From Albugo candida (Eukaryota): 64,000 nucleotides of DNA. The DNA lies in assembly GCA_040437565.1 (NCBI GenBank), contig JBDOQK010000040.1:62001-126000 (forward strand), read 5' to 3'. The notes under the pieces are model-generated. The model was given only the letters and a program-made list of their open reading frames with translations, was not told where the DNA came from and did no database searches. Positions 1-13,541 of the stretch are shown piece by piece; positions within the stretch are counted from its first letter, which is position 1, and every line of letters begins with the position of its first letter. Position numbers and translations under genes: made by a program.

Positions 1-1855
1 ACCTATGAATTTATAAAGAGTCATTTTCGTATTCGCAACGAGTACCACGTTGCCTCAGGTAAAGCCAATGCTTTTAATCACATTCCTGTTAACAGTTTCT
101 GATACGATTTGTTCTGCTTCATTGATTGTGTTTCATACTATTTGCCTCCGTTAATACGTTTTGCTAACAGCACATTCAGTCTTCTCTTTCTGACACAAAG
201 TCATAACTTTCTTCATTGTGTATGACCTCTGCTCTCACACCCTTAGAGATGCTTGGATACATCATCTCCTTGTTTGCTGCGGAAAATGACCTCTATGGGC
301 TGATGGGTCGATGAAGTTGTGTACATTTTATTGCCTTGTGACTCATTTCTCTTCCTTGACTTCATTGACATAAAATTCGCCTATAGATTTTAAGCACTGT
401 CCAACATTAGTTGGGTCACTTTTGCATCCTTCCATATTAGAGACTAAAGTCACGTCTTCAGCGTCCACGTTCTCAGCATCATTATTATCCAAGTGCTCCA
501 TATCGATTGCAACATTACTGATCTGTGATCGAGATTTGAGTTCTGTTTTCTCGGTGGTCAATTATCAACTTCCATGCAAGTGATGTTAATTGCTTATGGA
601 TAGTTCCAAAGTCGATCGTGCTATTGGAAATGCTTTTCTTCAGCTTTACAAGATTGTAAACTTTCGTGAGCCACGTACGTTGTCGTATATTCAATCAATT
701 CGGGAGGAATGGTTTGAGCTGCTTGTAAGTATACCAAATGCGACTCTGTAGCAGCTGTCAAAGTCACGCGAGGAAAGATCCCATTATTTATGTAGCAACG
801 ACGCTTCCATTTGAAAACGCATCCTTGACTTATCCCCGACGATTAAAGTATTGTCTGGTGCGCCACTGACGTCTTTTTTCGACATCAATTGGTGTACATC
901 CGGTACCATCTTTTCCAGCGAATTGGATCGACAATCTCGTTTTTTTAGTCAGTGTATCACCCACCGCACGACCGCATGGGGCTGAAATGATGGCAGCAAT
1001 TCTTTAGCGAATGATCACGTGTGGCGCCTCAGAGTTTGTGGAGAGACAGTAAAAGGTGCAGTGACGACAAAATCCGGAATATAAACAATATATAAAATTG
1101 TTTTCACATTGAGATATCGTTCATATCGCTGGTTTTCTTTTCTTACAAGGTGTAGAAATACAACGCATTCAGCTATTTACGCGTGGCTGTAGGCCTCCAT
1201 CTCAACCGGTTTCTTGGTTTCTACACAAAACTATCGCCCGGATAGAAGAATCATCGACCGAATGCGTCAAACGAGAATACCATAAACTTCCAAGGCGAAA
1301 CGTTTCAGGCGCTACATCGCCGAATGAACATTTTGGCTCTGATAGTTTACATATTGCTTTATATTCGGTGCTTTTTAGTCTGTTGGACGAACATATAAAT
1401 TTTTATCTTGCGCTATGGATTGATTACAGATATCGTATCGGCTTCCAGAGAGAGATGTGGACCGAAAGAATCGGCATAGAACAAAGAGAAAATGTTTGTT
1501 TTTGATCAAGAAAAGAAATGCCTTCTTCACTGTATTGACGGTGTGGGGAGAGAGCAGCTCAGTTGCAGCCCACATGTGGACCTTTTATTAGCTATTATCG
1601 GCAACCTTTCAGAGTCTGCCGCCGAGCAGACAAGTGAGGAAGTCTAAATGCACAAAAATAATTTGAATTATCGGTATAGTAAAAAAGGGCAAGTAGTCTG
1701 CACTACTCCGAACGGAATACACAAAGAATGCGTGAAGACGAATACCGTACAGTACAATGAAATGGTGCAAAGGTCAAAACGTGTGAACATTATCGGTCTT
1801 GATACTTTAATGATAGAAATTGCGAAGCGGTTTGTAGCGATCCTCCGTACATGAC

Positions 1856-2647
1856 TCAGTGTTCTATTACGCTGCGCTCGCGATCTTTAGCAACCGCAAC
1901 TGAAATGAATAAACTATCATAACGCTTGATGAAAGAAACATGGCATTGCTGCAGTAGCTTGTAGCCAAGATTCCAATCGAGAGTTCCAGATAGAAAGTCT
2001 ACATCTTGTGGCTTGATTTCCAAAGGACTCTCTTGAGTAATACTCACATAATAAGCCCCATAAATCTCAATGGGATTGTCGCCATTTTTTTTTACAGCGT
2101 CTTCAAACTGAATGGGTGCGGTCACGCCTTTCGAATGTGAAAGAAATGAAAAAATGACTTTCGGGGTTGGAATGTCCTTCTCTGTCTGCCTCCGGGAATC
2201 AAACTGGCCGTATGTCTCACCCGCTTGTACAATCTTGTTGATGCTCAACTGCCATTTATCTTTGCCGTCGTTTATATGCACAACAATTTTCTCAAGCCTT
2301 GGGTGCGAAGAGGTTGCAAGTGCATCTCCGCTGCGTGAGATTAAGATTTTGTTATCCACAAAAGAAAACCAAAAATGATCACAAAACATGCCGATGCCAT
2401 CTGGGTCTAGAGAAATCTCACCAGACACTGCTACCCTTTCTTGTATTCCATCATCCCAGGTACTGCACGCCATATCTTTGAGCTCGGCATTCAATCTTAC
2501 ATTACTGGGTTCAACGACCTTGTCTTCTGTACAGACGATTCCGTGCGTAGGGATCTTGCATTTTTCTTTTTCCGCTGATGTTGATGAAAGTACAATGTAG
2601 CATATAGCTTTGATAACCAGGCAAAATTGAGTTCGGGAAATGTTCAT
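1856..2647 (-). CDS. Putative secreted protein, subfamily A, with degenerate pepsin-like motifs
   Basis: Intronless ORF. The ATG at 2647 gives a hydrophobic N-terminus (MNISRTQFCLVIKAICYIVLSSTSA) similar to that of 60558..61400. Motifs KWQLSINKIV and WNLGYKLLQQCHVSF. Confidence 0.7.
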   Translation of the reverse strand: MNISRTQFCLVIKAICYIVLSSTSAEKEKCKIPTHGIVCTEDKVVEPSNVRLNAELKDMACSTWDDGIQERVAVSGEISLDPDGIGMFCDHFWFSFVDNKILISRSGDALATSSHPRLEKIVVHINDGKDKWQLSINKIVQAGETYGQFDSRRQTEKDIPTPKVIFSFLSHSKGVTAPIQFEDAVKKNGDNPIEIYGAYYVSITQESPLEIKPQDVDFLSGTLDWNLGYKLLQQCHVSFIKRYDSLFISVAVAKDRERSVIEH

Positions 2648-5600
2648 GGTACTGATGAACTTGTCCAGATCGATAAAAATCTTGAAATGAAAGTGATCGA
2701 GCAACATACATAAATTTTTAGAGTCTCAAAAAGAGTGGCCGACAGCACATGTTAACAGTTCGATGACAACGCGGTTCTTAAACGTAGCAGTTGCTAGAGA
2801 TTTTTGTCGTTACTCGTAAGATGAGTCTGTTCGAATATTCTATTCATCAGGTTTGCAGCATACCGCCTCGATGACACAATGACCTCTACATGACACCAAC
2901 CTTGTCGTATCCCTGCCTGATGCTTCACATTCAGTTTATTATTTTATGCGATTAATTAAAATTCACAGCCAGTCATTACATTACGTGAGACAGCTTCCGT
3001 TTCTCGAGCTTTTATTAGACGTATATCAGCTCCAGTACTTTGGAGATCGTACCAATTCGAGACCATTCGCTACCTATCTCTGTTGTAGTCCCCGACGCTT
3101 TTCGAAACTGTTCATAGTAAGTCTATTTCGCAATTAGCTTCTCGTGTTTTCGTCGTTGCTCCATCCACGCATGACAAACACGTTGTATAACCAACCATCC
3201 TGCTGTAAGGCATCGTACTGACTTTGCGAACCAGCAACCGTTGGTCATTCTAGAACGAAGTGTGATAGGTAAGCCAACCATGACACGTAACGACGACTTT
3301 GGGTAAATAGCGGAAGAAACGAGTAGCTATCAGAACCATTATCGTACGTGTTTTCAGCAGGCTGCAATTCTTTAAAAATGCCCACTTGAATTTCTTCCTT
3401 ATCCAAACGATACTTGGTCAAAACAGACAGTTCATCTTACGTTTGTCTGATTAAGCGCATAAAATTGAACACGAGTTTGTTTCGATATAACATACCACAT
3501 CCAAAGTCTAATTGATTCCTGATGTCAACATACGTTGAGCCAATTCCAAATAAGTTTAGCTTGTCCAAGTTTTCCCATGGTCTAGACACGTGTTCGTACA
3601 AGTGAGCATACCAACGGTCAATGCGAAAGGATCTGGCGAATTGGGTGGACCAGAGTCATGAAGTTTGAAGGGTCTCAAAGTGACGTATCAAGTCACCCAA
3701 TTCTAGGTGTGAGCGATAAGGTAGGATATTGACCAATCCAACTCCCTAGTCTGTGTAGTTATTGTCCTGATTGGATAAAAAAAAAATCATTTTCCTTAAA
3801 GTAAAATCTGTGACGCTGTGTCTTGATAGAATGCATAAATCGTTGTAGAGTTAATATCTAGATCTGGTAATGCTACCTTATATCGTACTTGAAGATTTGA
3901 ATAGATTCATAACGAGCGAGACGTTCTGTTCAAGCAGTTGATCAGAGCGTGATTACTGGTCTAACAGTATACTAAAGAGCGTCTCTGAGTAAATGGCCGA
4001 GTCGTCGTTACCAGAAAGAATGCATTCGAATTCGTGACGACGTTAACAAGGGACATGGCTCGAACTCAAAATAATTACGCTTTCCTGCCTACAAATGTGT
4101 TAATTNNNNNNNNNNNNNNNNNNNNNNNNNNNNNNNNNNNNNNNNNNNNNNNNNNNNNNNNNNNNNNNNNNNNNNNNNNNNNNNNNNNNNNNNNNNNNNN
4201 NNNNNCAAATGTGTTAATTGCATAAATACTCTAGTGTATACTCTTTCACTTCGAAAGCAGCGCTGTGACTATTGCGTCTACCCTGAGACCACATGGATGT
4301 AGAATCTGTCCGCTCTGAATAAACACGCGTTTCGTTTTGGTTGATAGTCTCTAAGCGATGATACGGTTCCGTAACAAACGGTCGTACTCTTCCTGACGAT
4401 ATCGTGCTTTCCCTATAGCATAGACAGCAAACACAGGGATTCCATTGGATGCTGCTTGCATACAATACAGTCTCTATCAGAGACCTCGATCTTCGTATTA
4501 CACTTCCAACGTGTGAGTGTGAAAGTGCACATCAATGGATGCGGGCACTATGTATTTTCGAGCTTTCTTTGCAAATTAGGCTAAAATTCCGTCATTATGC
4601 GGTACACCAATCACCGGATCGACGAACTCTCCACCCTCGCGGAGTGGCATTTTTGGCATACGTAGACTAAAACCATTTTGTCTGAAAGCTGACTCAGTAT
4701 TATTGCTGTCGGGAGCGATGTGCAGAGATTGTATTGTTGGATTCAAATAATCGCTAAGAATTGACAGTATCAAAGAGAAAGCATGTCAATGTCTGCACGT
4801 CACTTTTCATCAAGAGCGCAGTACCACATATCAATGGAGATCTACATTACCGTTTAAATTAGATTCACGCGTGACGTGCACTTCCCTTGTGCATAAGTGC
4901 GGCTCCGGAAGCGTTAAGGCGACCCAATTTCAGTTAGAAGCTAAAGGAAGCGCCTTTGGTGTGAGGTACTCGAAGGCTCACATCGGTTGACAAAACGTTG
5001 GGATACCTGTAGATTCTGTGTCTTCCGTGCTTCTGGAAAGCTGCCGGAACAATACGGACAGACGTTTTGGTCGGACTTCGAGATGTAGACATCACGTTGG
5101 AGAACACACTTTATCAACTGTTTGCCTCTCTGGATCAGGTCGATACTCATTGTTTTTAACTTTAGCCACAGATGGATACATGAAAATGATCTACATGATA
5201 CATCACGACACATTATCGAGAAATGAGCTCCACCTTCAAGCGAGGCGGATTTGACAGCTCATTCAGTTTTAATCGGTTCCATGTCGAACCAGCAATGTGA
5301 TGGGGCTAGTGTGGACGAGAGCAGGATACAATGAGTCAGATTGCATGGAATGAAATGTGAATAATTGAAACTCGCTTTTAATTCATTCATTGCAACGCAG
5401 AGTAGCTACGACGTCAGAATTGGAGCTGAATTAGAGTCTTTGTCGGTTGAGGTCACTATCCACAGAATAGCGATTTTTTGACATTCTTCTGCACCTTACG
5501 TATCAATTTAAAAACAAAAACGAATACAAGTGATCAACACTCCACAGAGGATGCGGTTACGGGAATAGATATAGCGAAATTGAAGTTGAAGTTGAAGTTT

Positions 5601-7192
5601 TTATAATATAAAATGAACTTTTTAAGTGATGAACCAAGAAATTGATACCGTGAAGAGAACGTTATATGGCAAGTTGTTAGCAATGTGAGCGGAAAGGAGG
5701 AATCAATCCTTTACGATCTATGTACTTTCCATTTGGTGCATTGTTACTACGACAGTGTTTGTGGGTGTTTGATCGCGGACCGGGTGAATGGTTTGTAGTG
5801 TGCATTGTGGTGCCACACTGAAGTTTTCGATTGGCAACCACCGGGTTCTTTATCTCGCCTGTGACTTTTGACCCGGTTCAGAATTGCAACCAGCTTTCCG
5901 TTTTCTTCCATTATCTATACCCAAATACATTTTTATCACAACCGGCACATTCCCTGGATCCGTCTTCACAGCGGATCCTCTTTGTAAAAACTCACTTTTA
6001 CCTGCCACATCCACAGCAATGAGTGCGAAGGAGTATTTTTCAATCATTACCGTTGTTTAATAACGTATGCTCGTCGCCCATGAGCATCATCGAACTGATT
6101 CATTAAAGGGATGATATCTCGAGATAACACATTACAGTCAGAGAAGGCTAATGCATACTCGGGCAAAAGATTGCATGGGCGTTCCGAGTTCTCTCACTGC
6201 GGACGCACGTAGATTTTGGATCCGTTTGACCGCATGTATAGAACCGCACGGTTTATTAAACCCGCCTACACTCCAGGACCGTTACCAGTCATACCCGTAA
6301 ACGGTGCGATACTTGTGCTGCGGAAATAATGGACTCAATGCGTACATACACTCATGCTCCAAATACACAATGAGCTTCGTGACGGTCTCGCTTGTATCGA
6401 GTACAACGCGTATTTCTCACTGTCGTTTGCATCGGAATTAGCTTTTGTCATTGACGTACAATATCGATATAATTCTTCCCATTCGCTCCAGCTAGTTTGA
6501 ATGCCAAGTCTCTGAAAGGGGTGGGAACCGATACTACTTCATAGAACGCCAAACACTGCCCAACGGATTCCCGCTTGTTTTGAGTCTGATGAATTAACCG
6601 CTGCAGGACCCTTCATAGCTTTTATCCCAGCATCAAGTGTAATACGTACTCAAAGAACCTGTCAACTGAACCAATGAGATTATTTATTTTGCATACAGAA
6701 TTGAGTGAAGTTGGAGTGCTACCAAACAAAATGATCAATTTTTCTTGAATGAGAGTACTCCGTTGGTGGGTATGGGCGCGGGCTGACTTTATCAATCAGC
6801 TTGACGAATTCTCCCTGACAGAAGCCATCGACAGGATATTGGAACGACGTTGTATAATTGTCAGCGCCCATGGAGGGGTCTCGATGAACTATGACGCAAA
6901 AGATAACGTGTTGCATGGAGAATCGTCGATTCGGTACGATCGGGGTACGATTGCTCGATAGACCGTGTGATTGTTTCGGCTTGCAAGTAGTCGATCAAAA
7001 GTCACTTGCTTATTGAATTTGTGATTGGTTTGTACTTTTGTAATTCGACACAAAAGACCTTTACAATACAATAATCTGTCGCATTTGTTACANNNNNNNN
7101 NNNNNNNNNNNNNNNNNNNNNNNNNNNNNNNNNNNNNNNNNNNNNNNNNNNNNNNNNNNNNNNNNNNNNNNNNNNNNNNNNNNNNNNNNNNN

Positions 7193-8260
7193 ACTGGAAG
7201 AATGTTGATTGTTTTGTGGAGGAGGCAAGTAGTTTGGAGTCTGTAAGCCAGGATACGATCGCGAAGGTGTCGTAGTAGCGGGAGTGATGTGTTTGGACCG
7301 GTCCGATGGTTGTGCGATGAACGAGCCAGTAGAACCGGAATCGATACGTACGAATGCGGTTGTTGGCACTGGCATACCAATTCGTTGTGCCTGTGAAGCT
7401 GTATCGTGCTCCATCGACGCTTGCATTGCCAGCTCCATGTCACGAGCATACACCTTGCGGAAGTACCGTATCTATCCAGTGAAATACATAAGTGAATGCG
7501 ATGGTGTAAGTACGGGTTACAGTACCTTTTCGGCACGGCCAGCTGAACTCATGTACCCTGCAAGGGAAAGAATGACAACGGAGGAGAGACAAGTCCAAAA
7601 ACTGTCGCCATAGAACCAGCACGACCATTTCGCGTCATCGGCTTTACATGTGACATAAGCGGAATTAATCGAATCGATATTGTACAATCTCTGCTGTATC
7701 AGCCAGCCCCAAAGTACCAGAGAAACCGCCAATAAGATGGCTACAATGTCCCACATTAGTGATCACCCCGATCTGATAGCTGGGACGTACACGCAATGAG
7801 TGTTGTGCTCGAGATAATCCGTTCAGAGATTCCTGCTCGTGGGAAGTAAACTGCTGCGACGGAAGCGATCAATGCGACGATCGTGACGGCCGCGCCGCTT
7901 ATCGTCGTTGCCTGAACCGCTCTCATGTTGCCACTGCATAATACTTCTCGAAAACTGTCGCCATCACCCAGCATATAATTAGGGATGACTTTGGAATCAC
8001 TGCGGAATCGTATTAGTAATCGGTGGGTCATCGAACGAGGTAGGGACATACCAAAATGCAGAGTACTGTAGTGTTGTCACCGAGGCGTAAAATGGAGAGA
8101 CAATGGCGCCGGTCGAACGAAATGCGAATAAGCCAAAACCCTGATATATATCATTGCCATCACGCTGGTACTTTTGCTGAAACCAGGAAGGAAATGCGAG
8201 TGCGTGAAATGCGCATATTGCCGAAGCCAAACTCAAAATCACCGCTACAAAAGTACCATT
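7193..8260 (-). CDS. Intron-containing ~4-TM membrane protein with claudin/PMP22-like topology; start uncertain, 3' end runs into an N gap
   Basis: Consecutive minus-strand ORFs 7997-8242, 7756-8049, 7517-7756 and 7088-7453 carry four hydrophobic segments and a W...FGLF...C loop. They are followed by a Pro/Ser/Gln-rich tail and can be joined by short GT-AG introns. Confidence 0.5.
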
Positions 8261-8574
8261 AGACTTGGGACGTAGTACATGGACGTGGACGTACTTGCTA
8301 CTGTATTCTTCATAATGTGTCTGGAATCAGTTCCCAAGGTCCCGATGTGCTCTCTATCACAAAGAAAAGTGGTACGGGTGTGTTTCGTTCGACACAAATT
8401 TTGCGTTTTGGCAGATTGAGAATGAAGGTAATGAAATTACTGTTTTAGCCAGTAATATATCGTAGTCAAACGCGGAAAGAAGACGGCGTTAGGGCAATCA
8501 CAATCTTTCACTTTATTACATTTCAATTATTTTCTGAAATGGGTTGTACACCCGCTGCTAAACCCGGCTTTACC

Positions 8575-9519
8575 TCATACTTGTTTTAGCAACCATTCCG
8601 CCAGATACGCATACACTTGCTCCGATTCAGGTTCTTCAAATAGACAGTGATACATACCATCAAATACTTTCAGCTCTTTATTTTTGTCCCCAAGACGCTT
8701 ATGGAAAGCTTCCGTAGATGGGACACTGACCACCAAATCATCAGAGCCAATCATACTCAAAAGTGGCAATTGTCCAAGCGTACTTTGCGCGTCTTCAATA
8801 CGTTTGTCTTTCTTCAACCTGAGCATCGCACTTAAGCTTTGTTCACCCATTCGCGTCGTAAGTTTCTTCATCATCATCAAGGGATCCTTATTAAAGTCTT
8901 CAATTAGGGATTTATTCCTCGAGAGGCACTCATGAGGGACCGCTGAGACAATTCTTTTGCGAGGAATGAGGATCGATAAGATCGAAGCAAAAGCCGCTTG
9001 CACGCGCAGCGCTGGCGTCCATTCCACGCATACGGCCGGCGCCACCAACACAGCTGCATGGAACGTGTGTACACCTGATAGTATCGTGTGTAAACCCACT
9101 AATGTTCCGTAAGATATTCCCATGTAAATGAGTGGGAGTTTTGACTCATTGAGGCCGTATGAGGGTAAAATGTCCCTTTTGAGGGTGTGAATGAAGAAAT
9201 TAGTGTCGTCCACAAAATAATCAAAGACTCGAGCGTGCGCTCGAATTCCTGGCTCATCGTCCGCACTCTGGCCGTGGCCAATCATATCGTACGCAGCCAC
9301 AGCAAAGCCGCACGCACTTACGCGCTCAAACAATCGGAAGTAGCGGCCACTGTGATCTCCAACGCCGTGCACGAAAACGATAATCGCGCGAATAGTGGAC
9401 TGTTCCGGGAAAACGGTTCGATAGAATAAAGACTGATTCCGAGAGTTGATGATCGTTCCTTCTTTGTAATGTAAAGACTCTGGCAAATCTTGCGCGGTTA
9501 CTCGCTTGTAAAAAGTCAT
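8575..9519 (-). CDS. Monoglyceride lipase/lysophospholipase (alpha/beta hydrolase, Hydrolase_4 type)
   Basis: 314 aa with HGVGDHSGRY, DMIGHGQS, nucleophile elbow GISYG, DDLVV Asp and GMYHCLFEEPE His. Confidence 0.92.
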   Translation of the reverse strand: MTFYKRVTAQDLPESLHYKEGTIINSRNQSLFYRTVFPEQSTIRAIIVFVHGVGDHSGRYFRLFERVSACGFAVAAYDMIGHGQSADDEPGIRAHARVFDYFVDDTNFFIHTLKRDILPSYGLNESKLPLIYMGISYGTLVGLHTILSGVHTFHAAVLVAPAVCVEWTPALRVQAAFASILSILIPRKRIVSAVPHECLSRNKSLIEDFNKDPLMMMKKLTTRMGEQSLSAMLRLKKDKRIEDAQSTLGQLPLLSMIGSDDLVVSVPSTEAFHKRLGDKNKELKVFDGMYHCLFEEPESEQVYAYLAEWLLKQV

Positions 9520-10214
9520 TTCAACTCAAATTTGAAGAAAATAAGTAAGCATGACAGAATATCTACCAATCATTCGATGAAATCCCGTTAGTGAGCATGC
9601 TCAAGTATAATATACGCACCAATAACCGCATTTAATCGTAAAAATGGAAGATTTATTGTTTATCATAGTATCTGGAAGTTTTTCTCATCGCCCGTCGTCG
9701 TCCTCAGACGGTACTTCGCGAAGCGCAGGCAACTGACGGGCAAAAAGAGTGATACAATCATCCAAACCTTTGACTACGAGCGCTCGCTGATGAATCTGCG
9801 ATTCATGTTAGGTTACATAAGAGAACGTAACAGTACACGTACCGAAACATATCGTCGACAGGTGAGTTCTCTTAGCAGTGAAGTATTGTGTGACTGCACT
9901 TGCCTAAACGCACGCTTGTTAGTGTTAATTGAATTTCGCGATTTGATTGCGTCTCTTCGAATTTGACGAGCGGTTCGATAGAGTAAACTTTGTGCGTTGT
10001 GAAACATTCCTGTTGAATACTGATTTTGAACCAGTCGGAAATGTGAATCGAGTCATTATAACCAATCAGCGGCATAGTTAACTCAAGTGTGCTATAAAAC
10101 CTTTTTGTATTAAAAAAGTGACTAGATATGCAATTAGAGTGGGAAAGGTGCGCCCTCCTTATTCTGGTAAAACACATCAGTCGTATGGCAAAATACCGAT
10201 TTCGTGGCGTGTAA

Positions 10215-11117
10215 TTACTGATCCCCCCATGCATGTAACCCACCATTCGATGAGGATGCTTCATTCTCAGCAGAATATTCAATTCCATACTTATCTTTGA
10301 ACATTTGAACATTGTGAAGTCTCAGAAACGGTTGCCCCAATTTTGCCAGTCGATCTTCGGTGCTTTTTAAATATCTAATCAGGTCTCGTGCAACACAATC
10401 TTCAAGAAAAGCATGCGGGAGACGAATTGGGGCATCACCATAAAGCGAAAGTACCAATGTACTTTCCTCTGTGTTTGCTTTAGTAATCAATGTCTCCAAC
10501 ACTTGCGGAAGCAACATAAATTTGTAATTCCAATCAATAGTGAGACGCTTAAAGACTTCAGTACTCTTAGAAGGAGAATATTCGACCGCTGCCTTCGTCA
10601 ACTCCAGGAATCCGTCTTTAAGTTCATAGTACTGCATTTTAGCATTCGGAAACTTTGGGTTCAAGCACGATTTTTCGTTGATACTGAGATACCTTTGGCT
10701 CAAGCTGATACATACGCTTTCAACACGTTCTTCCTCTTTGAGTATAGCTTGGATGTTCATCACGAACTCCTGACGCTTTGGAAAAATAGCAACTTCTGCA
10801 TTTTCATCTCCCTTTTGGGCGAGTTGTAGAATATGAGAATAACAATTGTGGGACTTTTTGAGTATTTGCGCTGAAGGAAAGGGAGAGTTGTTATTTTCGG
10901 ATTGTTGCGAATTAGAAGCATAACAGTTTATGAAATTATTGGATTTCTTGACGTTTGCGACACGTTCATTGGTAAAGCGCACTATGTAAGTGGTCTTTGT
11001 GCTCTTGGATGTAACAACGGCTCCGATTTTGCCATCTTTATCCAGAAGCGTGATTTTGCCCAATGTGGTTGTTGCCAAGCACGATAGAAGAGGAAGCTGG
11101 AGCAAGATTGCACGCAT
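10215..11117 (-). CDS. Putative secreted protein, subfamily B copy 1 (300 aa), with degenerate pepsin-like motifs
   Basis: Signal-like MRAILLQLPLLSCLATTTLG. Paralog of 14853..15704. Motifs LTIDWNYKFMLLP and LGQPFLRLHNVQMF. Confidence 0.8.
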   Translation of the reverse strand: MRAILLQLPLLSCLATTTLGKITLLDKDGKIGAVVTSKSTKTTYIVRFTNERVANVKKSNNFINCYASNSQQSENNNSPFPSAQILKKSHNCYSHILQLAQKGDENAEVAIFPKRQEFVMNIQAILKEEERVESVCISLSQRYLSINEKSCLNPKFPNAKMQYYELKDGFLELTKAAVEYSPSKSTEVFKRLTIDWNYKFMLLPQVLETLITKANTEESTLVLSLYGDAPIRLPHAFLEDCVARDLIRYLKSTEDRLAKLGQPFLRLHNVQMFKDKYGIEYSAENEASSSNGGLHAWGDQ

Positions 11118-11960
11118 TTGATCCAGGAGGTGAGATTTGAGAAATGGTGTCAAAGTGTGCATACGAATATTGCATGATTCATATGTGCAGCGGACTTCCT
11201 GACGGAGTTGTTCAACGTGGTACTGCCACTGGCTACTTCAACGTTTTTGTAGCGGAATGTTCAGCCCATACAATTCCAAGCACGTTTTTGTGAACAACGT
11301 GCATCAGGTTAACTGAAACTTTATCTGAAAGTGTATATGTGTGATGTACGGGCCGACGGAGAAAGATGACTGCCACGCGTTTCGTGAATGTTCCACTCCC
11401 AAATTTTTGATTTTTTGCCCGTTGTGTTCGATCATATCGGGTAGGGAGCAAATACATTCGGGCGACACAAACGCTACCTGCAATTGATATATGTCAAGAG
11501 TAAATAATACAGCGTGATGTCATACGAAACTGGTATGATAGCAAGGTACAATCACTAGGTACGCATTGAATAGTAAATTAGCAAACATGATGCATTCATT
11601 CGCCAAATGAATGACAATCGAAAGGTTTATATAATAGCATAGCATGATACAATAACAAATAACAATGCTAGTAAGGTATCATATGATTGCTAAATAGACT
11701 ATATTAGCAGATTATAGCACAAGCGATACGAGACAATAGCAAGGAGCTACACACGCAAGGTGTGATATGATTGCCGGGTATACTATACGACCGAATCATA
11801 ACACAGTAAAAAATACCGAACAAAACCCACTATGTAACCGAGGTAGGTTATCATTACGACGTAGACTATACGCGCAGGTAAATGCAATGCAATACGTTGC
11901 GATTATATTATACTATACTAGTAAGGTATAATATAAATACCATTTTAATCGATCAACACG

Positions 11961-12125
11961 AAAATAGCCGATCAGTCGGTTGATGCGATTTCTTGCGCCA
12001 AATACACAGCCTCATATCACACAAGCGAAGTAAAGCACCACTGACCAAAACATAATCAGATATTGCGAGAAACAAGCCATTCATCAATCATACTTTTAAC
12101 GCTTGCAACAGCATCGACAGTACAC
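11961..12125 (+). pseudogene. 5' fragment of the DHHC palmitoyltransferase gene, internally deleted
   Basis: Nucleotide similarity to 16342 onward (aaaatagccgatcagtcggttgatgcga vs aaaatggccgatgaatcggttgatgcga; cttttaacgcttgc). The ATG is mutated to ATA. Confidence 0.75.
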
Positions 12126-12774
12126 CACTGCCGGGCAGTAAGATGGATATACTCATTCAAACCTATGAGCGCTCGCTGATGAATCTGCGATTCATGTTAG
12201 GTTACATAAAGTACACGTACCGAAAATATATCGTCGGAGGTGAGTTCTCTTGAAAGTAAAGCATTGTGTGAATGCGCTTGTCGAACCGCACGCTCATTGT
12301 CATTAAATGAAATTCGCGATTTGATTGCGTCTCTTTTTAAATTTGACGAGCGGTATGATAGAGTAAACTTGAAGAAACATTCCTGTTGNNNNNNNNNNNN
12401 NNNNNNNNNNNNNNNNNNNNNNNNNNNNNNNNNNNNNNNNNNNNNNNNNNNNNNNNNNNNNNNNNNNNNNNNNNNNNNNNNNNNNNNNATTGATCTAGAC
12501 CAATCCGAAATGTGAAGTAGCGTTCAGAGCCAATAAGCGAGTACGTTATAAATACATACAACCAATCAATGGCAATAGCGAGACTCCGAATACCATCAGA
12601 AAAATCGCAACTCGATATGCAAAATGTAAAGTGAAGTGGGGAAGGAAACTCTCTCCTCATTTTTGATCTATACAACCTCATGCCTCAAAACTCGACATCA
12701 CTTAGATACTCCAATACTCACTTCAATGAATCGTCTTTCAAATCGTATCGTCAAGTACCGATTGCGTGGCATGC

Positions 12775-13541
12775 GATTATTCCTTGCATGATGCACTGAA
12801 GAGGCGATGAGGATGCCTCATCCCGGAAAGAAAACCCAATTTTGAAGTACGTTTTTGTAAATTAAAACATTGCACACTGTCAGAGGTGGTTGCTTTAGTC
12901 TCCTATCATTTCCTCCATGAAAATTACTTTGGCCCTCACGCAACGATAGGAGCCCTCCGAACAACTTCTGCGAGACTTTGATTGGTGAACCACCATAAAG
13001 CGAAAGTTTAAAGTCTGCATTTTCTTTATGTACCTTTACAATCAAATAATTGAATCGTTTTGATGTCATCTAGAACAATAATGAGCGATAAGGAAGGTGC
13101 TGTCGTCGTTGTTCCCTCCAAGACTTTCCTCAACAGCAGCTTTCCATTTTCTACCGTATATTATCATCAAACGCATCTTCAAACAATGGGAGGAAGCACG
13201 AGACTTGATTGATACTCCTCTGACTTGAATCGATAGAAATGTTGATAAGTATTGCTCCTTCTTTGAGTAACTTTAGGATGTTGATTACAGTATGACGGTT
13301 ACTGTCTTTAATGAGAGCCTCTTGTATTACTTCTTCGCGTTCAGCTAGTTAAAAAGTCAATCGTGGACAAATGTTCGTGAGGGATTTTGTAGAACTTCGC
13401 TAGTGAATCACACCGAGTATTTTGCCATGACTTTAAAATTTGACAGCGGGTCTATGCAGACCAGAGCTATGTTGTGGCACGAGTCCCGAGTGGAATCGTA
13501 CACAAACATGATAGAGGAAGCTGGAGCAACATTGCACGCAT
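12775..13541 (-). pseudogene. Subfamily B secreted-protein pseudogene (copy 2)
   Basis: Reads MRAMLLQLPLSCLCTIPLGTRATT then stops. The residual ORF 12818-13069 (FKLSLYGGSPIKVS...RLKQPPLTVCNVLIYK) matches the paralog C-termini. Confidence 0.85.

Noticed and set aside
1-1000. Minus-strand coding-like remnant including the acidic ORF 343-561
   Set aside because: Non-ATG start, multiple stops and no recognisable family; the window edge prevents assessment.
5830-7092. Coding-like minus-strand fragments downstream of the membrane-protein gene
   Set aside because: Fragmented by stops and separated from that gene by a gap; could not be assigned.
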